Shown here in pieces: positions 24,957 to 33,004 of a stretch of 45,346 bases of DNA (positions are counted from its first letter, which is position 1; each line of letters starts with the position of its first letter). This DNA is from an uncultured Clostridiaceae bacterium. GTDB taxonomy: Bacteria > Bacillota > Clostridia > Lutisporales > Lutisporaceae. The stretch is from the NCBI GenBank assembly GCA_964574195.1, contig CAZNMO010000009.1, positions 1-45,346 of the forward strand. Reading direction: 5' to 3'. The notes below the pieces were generated by a model, which made no database searches, was not told the origin of the DNA, and saw only the letters and a list, made by a program, of their open reading frames with translations. A program made the position numbers and the translations under genes.

Positions 24957-25100
24957 TTAATAAAATTCTTTCATCTTTTCCAGTGCTTCTTTCATTTCTG
25001 TAAGAAGTTCTTCTGCTCGTTCAAACTCTTTTTCTCCCAAGGCAACTCGGCGTTCCTCTGCTAGCCGTTTAACTTCTTCTACGCATTCATCATGTGTCAC
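24957..25100 (-). CDS. small coiled-coil protein (47 aa), not in ORF track
   Basis: GTG at 25098-25100 lies 5 nt after AAGGAGGGA. The ORF ends just before the -35 of the next promoter. Confidence 0.4.
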   Translation of the reverse strand: MTHDECVEEVKRLAEERRVALGEKEFERAEELLTEMKEALEKMKEFY

Positions 25101-25119
25101 AATTATCCCTCCTTATGTA

Positions 25120-25144
25120 CAAAAAGAGCGCTTTTCAGCGCTCC
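25120..25144 (-). terminator. hairpin + T-run
   Basis: GAGCGCT-gaaa-AGCGCTC followed by TTTTTG. Confidence 0.55.
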
Positions 25145-25347
25145 TTTTCCTCAAGCATTTCTTCAACAGCGTTCTTCAAAGTTACCAGAGCTGAAAAGTC
25201 AACACACTCCATAGCTTTTACAACATTAGCAGGAAGGTTAGTCATACTTCCTAGCGCCATAGTAGCGTTGTCTAAGCTCCCGCAAGCTTCATCCAGTTGA
25301 TTCCAAACCGTCGCCAGGTTGTCTTTCGTTTTGTACACCTTTTTCAT
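25135..25347 (-). CDS. hypothetical protein
   Basis: ATG at 25345-25347 (MKKVYKTKD). Confidence 0.55.
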   Translation of the reverse strand: MKKVYKTKDNLATVWNQLDEACGSLDNATMALGSMTNLPANVVKAMECVDFSALVTLKNAVEEMLEEKER

Positions 25348-25352
25348 AGTCG

Positions 25353-25598
25353 TCAACCTTTCTCCAGGTAGTCGCATTCATAAAATCCTTCAGAGTCGTA
25401 GTCAATACACTCAAACCAGTTTTTGGAGTTCATGTTTTTGACGGTCATACCCTCGCCCTGTTGTAACATTACTACGCACTTACGTCCATCTTCATTAGTA
25501 CCAGCGTACAGACCGCTTTCTGCGTTTAATATAAAAGCCTTTCGAACCTCTCTGCTTGTGAAGTCTAAATCAACCAACGCTTTACTTTCTTGTGTCAT
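25353..25598 (-). CDS. hypothetical protein
   Basis: ATG at 25596-25598 after the cassette RBS AAAAGGGGAGAG. Promoter at 25640-25668. Confidence 0.6.
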   Translation of the reverse strand: MTQESKALVDLDFTSREVRKAFILNAESGLYAGTNEDGRKCVVMLQQGEGMTVKNMNSKNWFECIDYDSEGFYECDYLEKG

Positions 25599-25639
25599 AT
25601 AACTCTCCCCTTTTATCTCGGTTATTGTCCTACATTTCA

Positions 25640-25668
25640 ATCATATAGTATCTCAACCCAACGGTCAA
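25640..25668 (-). promoter_or_regulatory. cassette promoter TTGACC-N17-TATGAT
   Basis: -35 at 25663-25668 and -10 at 25640-25645. Confidence 0.65.
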
Positions 25669-25677
25669 GTCTTTTAA

Positions 25678-25705
25678 CAAAGAAAAGAGAGCTTTTCAGC
25701 TCTCT
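25678..25705 (-). terminator. rho-independent terminator
   Basis: AGAGAGC-tgaaaa-GCTCTCT followed by TTTCTTTG. The same hairpin recurs at 34594-34620. Confidence 0.6.
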
Positions 25706-26010
25706 TCCTTTATGATTCGAATGACTCTGATATCATCGCCTGTAATCTCCAGCTTTGCGCTAGCATTTTCCAAAGATTGTACATCGTCATTAACGGGTAT
25801 GCCTTCCACACTTACTGTTTTGAGTACGCCGTTTATTTTCACCGATATGAAGAGTCTGTACGCATCTGACCCACCAAGCTCGGCGTGTAATATCGGAACA
25901 ATATCATATGATACTTTGTCGCTCTCCGTTGCCTTTTGTTTCTGTTCGCAAGCTACTAGTGCGATTGTTATTGTAAGTAATACTGTGAATGTTGCTATTG
26001 CTCGTTTCAT
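25696..26010 (-). CDS. lipoprotein
   Basis: Signal peptide plus lipobox MKRAIATFTVLLTITIALVAC. Confidence 0.7.
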   Translation of the reverse strand: MKRAIATFTVLLTITIALVACEQKQKATESDKVSYDIVPILHAELGGSDAYRLFISVKINGVLKTVSVEGIPVNDDVQSLENASAKLEITGDDIRVIRIIKEES

Positions 26011-26384
26011 GCTTGTAATTTCCCCATTTCTTGCGCTGTTACTGTTCTAACGAATGTTTCTGTTACTGTCCAGACTTTGCCGCCTGCTGACTCAGCTATG
26101 CGCTGCGCTAAATCTCTGGACTCAATACGTGTAGCCTTGTCCGCTACTAGTTGTAGTCCTTCTAATGTATCCAAGTTCAGGTTCTGTGGAAGCATAACCC
26201 CAAAGTTCCCTACCGATACTTGATAATAAACCGCTTCATGGTGTCTCGGCGTGAAATTGTTTACGTCCTTAGAGAACTGACCGCTGTTCTCTGTGATTCG
26301 TTTGCTGTTCTTCACCTTTTGTTCCTCCTTGTTTGTGTACTTAGAGCTACAGTGTCCGCTTGATATTACTGGCCATCTGTTCAT
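26007..26384 (-). CDS. hypothetical protein
   Basis: ATGA-coupled to both neighbours. Confidence 0.55.
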   Translation of the reverse strand: MNRWPVISSGHCSSKYTNKEEQKVKNSKRITENSGQFSKDVNNFTPRHHEAVYYQVSVGNFGVMLPQNLNLDTLEGLQLVADKATRIESRDLAQRIAESAGGKVWTVTETFVRTVTAQEMGKLQA

Positions 26385-27109
26385 CCCCAGTGTCCATTTC
26401 TCTTCAGTATGCTAGCTACTTCCACAGCATAGCTCTCGTCTGTATTAATAACCAGATATTGATTCGTCAGGTTCTTCCCATCCTTGCGTCTGCCCTCCTC
26501 GATTTCAGTTGCTATGTCTCTGAGTCCGCCTAACATCCATGATGGTACGTACTTGTTTATGTCAGCTTGATTGAACACAACAAACTTCTGTACCATGCCG
26601 TCAAGAGCGTCAATTTTGTCTCTCTTTACAAGCTCTGAATGGATAATCTTTTTGTTGTCCGCTAGGACGTTCAAAGCTGACTCAGTACCCCAGACATAGT
26701 AACCGTCATCAGCTAAGTCTCTATGCTCAGGAGGGTTTGAAATCTCAACTGGTTTCTCCTGTGAGAAATTGAAAGTTCTAGCTTTCCCCAAGTTACCCTT
26801 CCAGAATACTCTTGCACCACCTAAAACGCCAACAGGAACGGCAGAGATAATCAAGGAGCGTTCTTCCATCGGTACGTCCAAATCATCGCAACCGATATTC
26901 TCCCCAAAGTATGCCTGTACACCATAGTGGCCAGCCTGTTTAACCTCTTCAAGAATCTGTTCCAACGTTTTCTCTTGTTCAAAATCTGATATGTTAGCTC
27001 CAAGTATATCGTTGCAAAGTTTATCAAAGCAAGCCTTGCTACATATCTCTCCGTAGGTAGTGCTAACAACTGCCTCCTTACCGCAACCACGTATGCTACA
27101 AGTTTCCAT
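26381..27109 (-). CDS. hypothetical protein with Cys-rich N-terminus
   Basis: N-terminus CSIRGCGKEAV..CSKACFDKLC. AGGAGGAA SD. Confidence 0.6.
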   Translation of the reverse strand: METCSIRGCGKEAVVSTTYGEICSKACFDKLCNDILGANISDFEQEKTLEQILEEVKQAGHYGVQAYFGENIGCDDLDVPMEERSLIISAVPVGVLGGARVFWKGNLGKARTFNFSQEKPVEISNPPEHRDLADDGYYVWGTESALNVLADNKKIIHSELVKRDKIDALDGMVQKFVVFNQADINKYVPSWMLGGLRDIATEIEEGRRKDGKNLTNQYLVINTDESYAVEVASILKRNGHWG

Positions 27110-27443
27110 GTTGTTCCTCCTCTAATAGCCCAATACTACGAGCGATTATTCTTGTTTCTGTACCCACTGGGTGTTTTGTTAATGCTACCGCTGTACAAGA
27201 CTTGTGTACAAACGTATCGAACTCAATATCAAATACCAGTCCGCCGTCCCTCTTGTGACAGTACCAACATCCACCATCTTGGGGCGTAGCCTTTTCTTGC
27301 TTACCGTTACGGCTACATTCCATACAAATCCAACCGTCATAAGCCATAGAGCCAGGAGCGCTGCGGAACACTGACATTTCAAACTTGTTGTATTCTTTTT
27401 CACATAACACGCAGAACGTTTTGTTTTCGTCGCTTTGACACAT
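27096..27443 (-). CDS. Cys-rich zinc-finger protein
   Basis: Cys pairs CVLCEKEY, CMECS, CWYCH..HKSC. AAAAGGAGGAA SD. Downstream of motif 27475-27506. Confidence 0.6.
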   Translation of the reverse strand: MCQSDENKTFCVLCEKEYNKFEMSVFRSAPGSMAYDGWICMECSRNGKQEKATPQDGGCWYCHKRDGGLVFDIEFDTFVHKSCTAVALTKHPVGTETRIIARSIGLLEEEQHGNL

Positions 27444-27474
27444 CGTTGATTCCTCCTTTTAACCTTATACGGTA

Positions 27475-27506
27475 TAAATAAACCGAACAAATGGAAAAAC
27501 ACTCCT
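27475..27506 (-). promoter_or_regulatory. class-II motif AGGAGT-N18-TTTATTTA
   Basis: AGGAGT sits in the 3' arm of terminator 27493-27523. TTTATTTA is separate from that terminator's T-run. Confidence 0.5.
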
Positions 27507-27523
27507 CGTATGTGAGGAGTGTT
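27493..27523 (-). terminator. rho-independent terminator
   Basis: AACACTCCTC-acatac-GAGGAGTGTT followed by TTTCC. Confidence 0.65.
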
Positions 27524-27528
27524 CATAA

Positions 27529-27723
27529 CTATTTAATCTCTTGGTATCGCATCATGAACTTTCTGCGCTTCATAAACATGTTAGAGCCGTCTGGGAATTT
27601 TACCTCCAAGTCCTGGTCGCCATTATAACCTGGGTTGTTATCCACATCAACTACTTCACAGGTTTTTCCCATATCCATGAACTCTGGGTCTACACACTTC
27701 CATTTGCTACCTATCTGTATCAA
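27529..27723 (-). CDS. hypothetical protein
   Basis: Track ORF with a TTG start. The SD spacing is long, so the start is uncertain. Confidence 0.45.
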   Translation of the reverse strand: MIQIGSKWKCVDPEFMDMGKTCEVVDVDNNPGYNGDQDLEVKFPDGSNMFMKRRKFMMRYQEIK

Positions 27724-27743
27724 CTTTCTTGACGCCCCTCTCC

Positions 27744-28082
27744 CTATAACGTGTCCAGAATTTCCTTAACTACTTCCAATGGCATTCTCAGACAGTGAGC
27801 GCTTTCAACATAGTAAGGGGCAAGAAATTCATCCTCGCCAGTCTCAGCCTGATGGAACCATTCGTATAGATGTTGAGCTAGTTTGTCCTGTTCCTCTTTC
27901 GGTATGGCCATCTTTGTCATATAGCTCATAGCGTATGAATCCTGATATGTCTTTATATCTGAAATGACCAACTCTGCTAGGTCGCTACCTTCAGCAGTCA
28001 CAGCGTCCAAACATTGTTGGAAGTCCGCCCCTGTGGGCTGTTCCTTCCAATCCCATATCGCAAAGGCAAAGCTAATAATCAT
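27744..28082 (-). CDS. acidic hypothetical protein
   Basis: ATGA overlap with the upstream stop. Confidence 0.55.
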   Translation of the reverse strand: MIISFAFAIWDWKEQPTGADFQQCLDAVTAEGSDLAELVISDIKTYQDSYAMSYMTKMAIPKEEQDKLAQHLYEWFHQAETGEDEFLAPYYVESAHCLRMPLEVVKEILDTL

Positions 28083-28396
28083 ACTTCATCCCACTCCTCT
28101 CTACCTTGCTTCTCACGCATAATCTCCCAGAACTTTTGACCATCTTCATTCGCTTCAATAAATGAATCAACCATAACTTTCGCCCCAATTACGTTCTCAG
28201 ACCAGGTAGCCCCTGGCATAGCTTGATAGCCGTCTCTCACAACTACATACCCACGTCTGTACGTATTGCCGTTAGAAGACCAAGGGTGTTTCCCCATATC
28301 AAGTTTTGGTTGAATCGTGAACCCTCTGTACTCGATTCTGATGTTAGGAACGTTAATCATCCCGTTGAACACCATTTCCGCTTTCTTCTTTTCCAT
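28079..28396 (-). CDS. hypothetical protein
   Basis: ATG at 28394-28396 (MEKKKAEM) lies 7 nt after GAGGAGGA. Confidence 0.6.
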   Translation of the reverse strand: MEKKKAEMVFNGMINVPNIRIEYRGFTIQPKLDMGKHPWSSNGNTYRRGYVVVRDGYQAMPGATWSENVIGAKVMVDSFIEANEDGQKFWEIMREKQGREEWDEV

Positions 28397-28397
28397 A

Positions 28398-28607
28398 TCA
28401 AATTCCTCCTCGGTACAATTTAAGCTTCTCTTCTTCACTCGCTAATTTTTCTTTGAGTCCTTCCAACTCAGCTCTCGCTTTCTCCGTGTCTTCCTCAATA
28501 TCCTCTGCTAGCTTGTGTTCAAACACTTCTACAAAGAATCTGTAAACCTCTATGCTCTGCTCTAGCTCCTTGATTGCTCTTAGAGTTTCTAGTGTGTAAA
28601 CTGACAT
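28398..28607 (-). CDS. coiled-coil hypothetical protein
   Basis: ATG at 28605-28607 after GGAGGGA. Confidence 0.55.
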   Translation of the reverse strand: MSVYTLETLRAIKELEQSIEVYRFFVEVFEHKLAEDIEEDTEKARAELEGLKEKLASEEEKLKLYRGGI

Positions 28608-28664
28608 CACCAGTTCCCTCCTACATTGTAGAGACGGTGGATTACTCCACCGCCGTTAGTTTTA

Positions 28665-29435
28665 TCAGTTCCAGTCTGTTACTTCAACGCCAAGCTCTCT
28701 AAGCTTCTCAGCGCCCTCTTCTGTACCATCCCATTCGAATAACATTGGACCAACAGGGAATCCTCCAGCCGTCCCTTTCACTTCTCCTTCTTCCTTCAGG
28801 ATACGATTCATTTCAGCTTTCTGTTCACTAGTAGCAACAACGCTCTCTGTCACGCTGTACTTCTTTGTTTCTGCGTGTTTCCAATCTCCGCCATCCATAA
28901 TAGACGGTTTAGACAAAGGCGGTTCTGGATTGAAGTGAATCACTTCCGCTGGGTCATCCCCAAGGTAGAAATCTCTGTATCCAAGTACGCCGTGTACTGT
29001 TTCAACGGCTGCTCTAAATCCGTCTGGACCACCGTTTGACTCTATGATTATCTTATCTCCAAGATGATGTTTCGCTATCACTAGGAAGGTAGTGACTGCT
29101 ATGTCGTATGGTTTTCTATCAGTCTTACAGCATCGGAAAAATAGTTCTCTATCGGCGTATTTCTCGACGTCAACAAATTTCCCGTGCTCCTCTTGAAAGA
29201 AATAGAAGCACTCATGCCACTGGTCGTTCTCCCTTAAACCATTGAATACTACTGACCCTTTCCAGTTAGCTATTACTGGTTTGCCTTCACCTTCAGCTCC
29301 TGCTAGATTAAGGTTGAACCCCAAATCTTTGTTCCAACGTAGGTCTTTCAGAAGAGTTCTGAAGTCCTTCACAATAGCCGTGTAAGCTTCCTTTTCAATT
29401 ACTGCTTGACGATACCAATAGTGCGTATAACCCAT
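28665..29435 (-). CDS. hypothetical protein
   Basis: ATG at 29433-29435 after the cassette RBS. Promoter at 29492-29520. Confidence 0.65.
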   Translation of the reverse strand: MGYTHYWYRQAVIEKEAYTAIVKDFRTLLKDLRWNKDLGFNLNLAGAEGEGKPVIANWKGSVVFNGLRENDQWHECFYFFQEEHGKFVDVEKYADRELFFRCCKTDRKPYDIAVTTFLVIAKHHLGDKIIIESNGGPDGFRAAVETVHGVLGYRDFYLGDDPAEVIHFNPEPPLSKPSIMDGGDWKHAETKKYSVTESVVATSEQKAEMNRILKEEGEVKGTAGGFPVGPMLFEWDGTEEGAEKLRELGVEVTDWN

Positions 29436-29491
29436 TATAAATCCGCTCCTATTCAACTTGGATGTTAAGACGTTACCGCCTTACAAGTACA

Positions 29492-29520
29492 ATCATATAA
29501 TAGTTCAAACCAACCGTCAA
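29492..29520 (-). promoter_or_regulatory. cassette promoter TTGACG-N17-TATGAT
   Basis: -35 at 29515-29520 and -10 at 29492-29497. Confidence 0.7.
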
Positions 29521-29606
29521 CTGTTTTCGTAAAACTTTTCAAATTATTTTTGACTCGTAAACACAAACAATGGAGCTAACAGGTTTCACCCACTAGCCCC
29601 ACAGCG

Positions 29607-29834
29607 TCACTCTCCCGATATTTCTTTGAATCTTTCCTCTTGTTCGATTACGCCATTTAATATGTCTCGTAGTTGTTTCACTTCCTCAAGGTCTAGCACA
29701 GGCTGTCCTTCATTGTTGAACACCCAGATTCCTTTTCCTCGCTCGTGTTCGATACCAAACACAGACTCTTCATAGACTTCTCCTTGTCTAATAAGAGAGT
29801 ACATAAACCCATCCGCTTCAAATTTACCGCTCAT
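29607..29834 (-). CDS. hypothetical protein
   Basis: ORF with GTGGAGG SD. Confidence 0.55.
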   Translation of the reverse strand: MSGKFEADGFMYSLIRQGEVYEESVFGIEHERGKGIWVFNNEGQPVLDLEEVKQLRDILNGVIEQEERFKEISGE

Positions 29835-29845
29835 ACCTCCACGTC

Positions 29846-30040
29846 CTATCTGTATCTTTTCTTACTACCAAACCCAAACATAATTTTACTAGCTGCGAAC
29901 ATTAGAAGCACCATCATAGTCGGCGTACTAATTTTGATGAGCGTGTATAGATAAGGATGCTGCGTAGCCCAAACCCACATTGCCATACTCTCCGTTGAAC
30001 CAGATAATAAACCCACTTCATTCCTCCTTCTTATTCTCAT
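29846..30040 (-). CDS. small membrane protein
   Basis: Two hydrophobic segments. ATGA overlap with the upstream stop. Confidence 0.5.
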   Translation of the reverse strand: MRIRRRNEVGLLSGSTESMAMWVWATQHPYLYTLIKISTPTMMVLLMFAASKIMFGFGSKKRYR

Positions 30041-30300
30041 TTACCTTTCGTGTAAAGCTTCATCCACACAGACTCAATAGCCATTCCAGAGAGGTTTAAA
30101 AGTTGATATGGTCTGTATCCCTTATGTTTAGATTCCACAACAACTACAGCGTTCTTGTGTCTCTCTATTATAATTGATTCCCATTGTTTGTAAGCTTTCG
30201 CATTTGGAGGGCAGGCTGGCTCGTAACATACGAATGTCGAACCAGGCTCACTCTGAATAACCTCCAGTAACGTACATTTGTCTCCGTCATTGATAATCAT
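30037..30300 (-). CDS. hypothetical protein
   Basis: Overlaps the nadR 3' end by 14 nt and lies in the same coupled string. Confidence 0.55.
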   Translation of the reverse strand: MIINDGDKCTLLEVIQSEPGSTFVCYEPACPPNAKAYKQWESIIIERHKNAVVVVESKHKGYRPYQLLNLSGMAIESVWMKLYTKGK

Positions 30301-31333
30301 AATTCTGTTCCACCGCTTTCTTGAGTAACTCTGCTGACGCTGATTTCGCTATCTCCCAACGTTCATCCCAAGTACCTTTTACATCAACCCATTTCACGCC
30401 ACGTGCTGTAAGTTCTGCCTTGAACTTCTCGAACACCTCATAACGATTGTCTTCAAATGTACGGCTTCCATCTTGAACCCAGGGAACGTCAGGATGACAC
30501 AATAATGTGAGGTCGTATTGCTCTTCATTGGCCAATCGCTCAACGAACTCGTCAACCTTCCCATATAGAAGCTCAGAGAATATCTTTGTAGTCAAATGGT
30601 CGGTGTCTATGAACAAGAGCTTGTCTGTATTGAAGTATGAAGCCATTACATCGATGTAATATCGGTGTCCCTCGGCTATTTGTACCAGGTCTTCATATCT
30701 GAACTCATTCATATTGTTGTTATAGGCTTCCTCTATGTAAGTCCGCCCGTACTCGTTTACATATTCTGTGTTAAACTCTTCAGCTAGTCTCTTGGTAAGC
30801 TCAGATTTGCCACAGCTCTCTCCACCTATAATGCGAACTTTCTTGATAAAGTACGGTCTAGCTGCCTCGCTGATGAAGTCCCATTCACCGTGTGGGTCTT
30901 GTCGGCACTGAGTACCGCTGATTGGGACTCTCTCACGCTCTAAATCCACCATATGATGCTCCGCTCCGAACAATTCTGCAAGTTCGTACCCATACATTTC
31001 AGAAGAAAACACAACGTCTATGGGTTCTGGGTGGTTTTTCTTGATTAAATCGTGCCAGATAGTCCAGAAATTTGTGTCTTCAGACGGTTCTTGTGGAACT
31101 ACCTTGTCATAATGGATGACTCTCACGCTCTTAGGTGGCTTTTTCATAGTCATAATCATAGAGCGCACAGATTTCCACATCCATCTGTATCGTTCTTCAC
31201 CTGGAATCGGTTCAGTTGGAAGACTGCACACAAGTATAGTCAACATATCGCAGTTCTCCAACCCAGTTTTTACAAGATACTCGTGACCTGTGTGTAACGG
31301 CATGAACTTCCCTAGTATTAATCCATGTTTCAT
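30287..31333 (-). CDS. nadR: NadR-type bifunctional NMN adenylyltransferase / ribosylnicotinamide kinase (no HTH domain)
   Basis: NMNAT motifs GKFMPLHTGH and ISGTQCR. Kinase Walker A GGESCGKS and Walker B LLFIDTD. Confidence 0.9.
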   Translation of the reverse strand: MKHGLILGKFMPLHTGHEYLVKTGLENCDMLTILVCSLPTEPIPGEERYRWMWKSVRSMIMTMKKPPKSVRVIHYDKVVPQEPSEDTNFWTIWHDLIKKNHPEPIDVVFSSEMYGYELAELFGAEHHMVDLERERVPISGTQCRQDPHGEWDFISEAARPYFIKKVRIIGGESCGKSELTKRLAEEFNTEYVNEYGRTYIEEAYNNNMNEFRYEDLVQIAEGHRYYIDVMASYFNTDKLLFIDTDHLTTKIFSELLYGKVDEFVERLANEEQYDLTLLCHPDVPWVQDGSRTFEDNRYEVFEKFKAELTARGVKWVDVKGTWDERWEIAKSASAELLKKAVEQNYDYQ

Positions 31334-31449
31334 TCTGTTTCCTCCTCCATTTCATCATCACATTCTGGGTCACAGCACTCCTCGGCTCTACCTTTAGTCA
31401 TATATTCCTCTTGACATATCCCGCATTTCCACATTTGATAAGCATCCAT
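31330..31449 (-). CDS. small Cys-rich acidic protein (39 aa), not in ORF track
   Basis: Peptide MDAYQMWKCGICQEEY..ECCDPEC. TGATG overlap upstream and ATGA overlap with the nadR start. SD GGAGGAA. Confidence 0.5.
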   Translation of the reverse strand: MDAYQMWKCGICQEEYMTKGRAEECCDPECDDEMEEETE

Positions 31450-31646
31450 CAGGATTCCTCCTTAACAGTAATAGTGAGAGCCGATTTACCATTGATTACA
31501 AGTTTTCCTCCGCCAGCTGAATCCAGGCTATACCCATTGTAAGCTCTTTGTAGTACCTCTGCTTCAGTCCCATCGAACAGAACATAGTAAGACACGCTTG
31601 GCGTATCGTGTGGACTAGTTACTGTAACAAAGAATTTGCGTTTCAT
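31449..31646 (-). CDS. hypothetical protein
   Basis: ATGA-coupled on the upstream side. Confidence 0.55.
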   Translation of the reverse strand: MKRKFFVTVTSPHDTPSVSYYVLFDGTEAEVLQRAYNGYSLDSAGGGKLVINGKSALTITVKEES

Positions 31647-31759
31647 TTCTCTTCCTCCTTGTCTCCTCGTTTAGGGAAAGTCATTTTTGGACAACACTTC
31701 TCTGCATCCTTCCAAGATAAATGTTTATTTCCGCACACCCTACAGATACATGTTGTCAT
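31643..31759 (-). CDS. small Cys-rich protein (38 aa), not in ORF track
   Basis: Peptide MTTCICRVCGNKH..EKCCPK. ATGA overlaps with the pnuC stop and the next start. Confidence 0.45.
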   Translation of the reverse strand: MTTCICRVCGNKHLSWKDAEKCCPKMTFPKRGDKEEEK

Positions 31760-32394
31760 AGTCCGTTCTCCGCTTCATATTCTTTCTTCCAAGCAATATA
31801 ACCATACACAGCGTTCGCCAAGAAGAATACATAAGTCAGAGCGACAATGTGAAGGTCTTTATACATATACATTCCGATAGATAGTACATCAATCGCAATC
31901 CATAACAACCAGTTCTCAAGGACTTTCTTACCCATAAAGAACTGCGCTACAACGGACATAGAAGCTACAAAAGCGTCAAGATACGGTATGGAAGCATTTG
32001 TGAAGTTGTGTAGACTTCCTCCCCACACAATCGTGATAGCTAGGATAACAGGAAGCAATAGAACCCATTCACGGGTTGTCATAACTCTCGTAGGTCGTAC
32101 AGGCTGCCCTTCTCGCTTAGTCAACCATATGAACCAACCATACAACGATAGTACAAAGAAGACAATCTGTAGTCCAGCATCAGCGTACAACTGGACGTTA
32201 TAGAACATATACACGTAGCATACTATGTTGACCAGTCCAACTGGATAAGTCCACACGTTCCTTTTCGCTGCTAGCCATACACAAAGCAGACCAGATATTG
32301 CCGATAATATTTCGATAGGTGAGGAGCTGGTAAAGTAGGCTACCGCTCCAAACACCGCTACTATGAATGAGTTTAAAAGGATTTTGTTTGTCAT
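31756..32394 (-). CDS. pnuC: nicotinamide riboside transporter PnuC
   Basis: Polytopic, 212 aa. AKRNVWTYPVGLVNIVCYVYMFY..LYADAGLQIVFFVLSLYGWFIW matches PnuC signatures. Confidence 0.85.
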   Translation of the reverse strand: MTNKILLNSFIVAVFGAVAYFTSSSPIEILSAISGLLCVWLAAKRNVWTYPVGLVNIVCYVYMFYNVQLYADAGLQIVFFVLSLYGWFIWLTKREGQPVRPTRVMTTREWVLLLPVILAITIVWGGSLHNFTNASIPYLDAFVASMSVVAQFFMGKKVLENWLLWIAIDVLSIGMYMYKDLHIVALTYVFFLANAVYGYIAWKKEYEAENGL

Positions 32395-32735
32395 TCGCTC
32401 ACCTCTGGTCTGAAAGTTTCTTCTCCGTCAGCAAACTCTGTTGTAACGTTTGCTGGATAACTGTTCTCGCTGAGCTTAAACATTTCCATACGCTCCTGGC
32501 GTTCATAATCTTGTACCGCTTGTAACTCAAAGTCTTCCTGGGATATAGCCTCATCAATTGCCACAATCTCAGAAGCCAGTACGGCACACTCTGTAAAGTT
32601 GATTACTTTTGGGTCATACTGTTTCAAACACCAAATCCATAGTCCAATAACGCTTCTCCCGTCATCCTCTTGTCTTGTTAATGTACGTTCAGTACCATTT
32701 TTAAACATAACTCTATACACGTTCACGTTGCTCAT
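32391..32735 (-). CDS. hypothetical protein
   Basis: GGGGGAGAAG SD. ATGA-coupled to pnuC. Confidence 0.6.
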   Translation of the reverse strand: MSNVNVYRVMFKNGTERTLTRQEDDGRSVIGLWIWCLKQYDPKVINFTECAVLASEIVAIDEAISQEDFELQAVQDYERQERMEMFKLSENSYPANVTTEFADGEETFRPEVSE

Positions 32736-33004
32736 TTCTTCTCCCCCTTGTATAGTTTCAAATCTCTCGTTAACATAACAACAGCGTTACCAGTATGCTC
32801 AGGAATGACTCTGCCCTCCTGACGTTCCCATAACACAACGGTTATCTCTGGAATTTGAGGCGTGGCGCTTCGAACCTCCACAACCTCCCCTATTACACGT
32901 CGGTTGAATAGTTTGAAGTAACCTTCATTAGTCTCAACCTTTGTCCCTGGAGGAAATATATGTTGTGACTTCGCTGGTGTTCTCCAGTTCTTTCTTCTTT
33001 TCAA
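32732..33004 (-). CDS. hypothetical protein
   Basis: TTG start after GGGAGAAG. Overlaps the upstream gene by 71 nt, so the start is uncertain. Confidence 0.45.
   Translation of the reverse strand: MKRRKNWRTPAKSQHIFPPGTKVETNEGYFKLFNRRVIGEVVEVRSATPQIPEITVVLWERQEGRVIPEHTGNAVVMLTRDLKLYKGEKK

Noticed and set aside
26851-27526. Nested or alternative-frame minus-strand ORFs 26851..27090 and 27185..27526
   Set aside because: They are embedded in better-supported genes (26381..27109 and 27096..27443). They lack an SD and have an arginine/leucine-rich off-frame composition.
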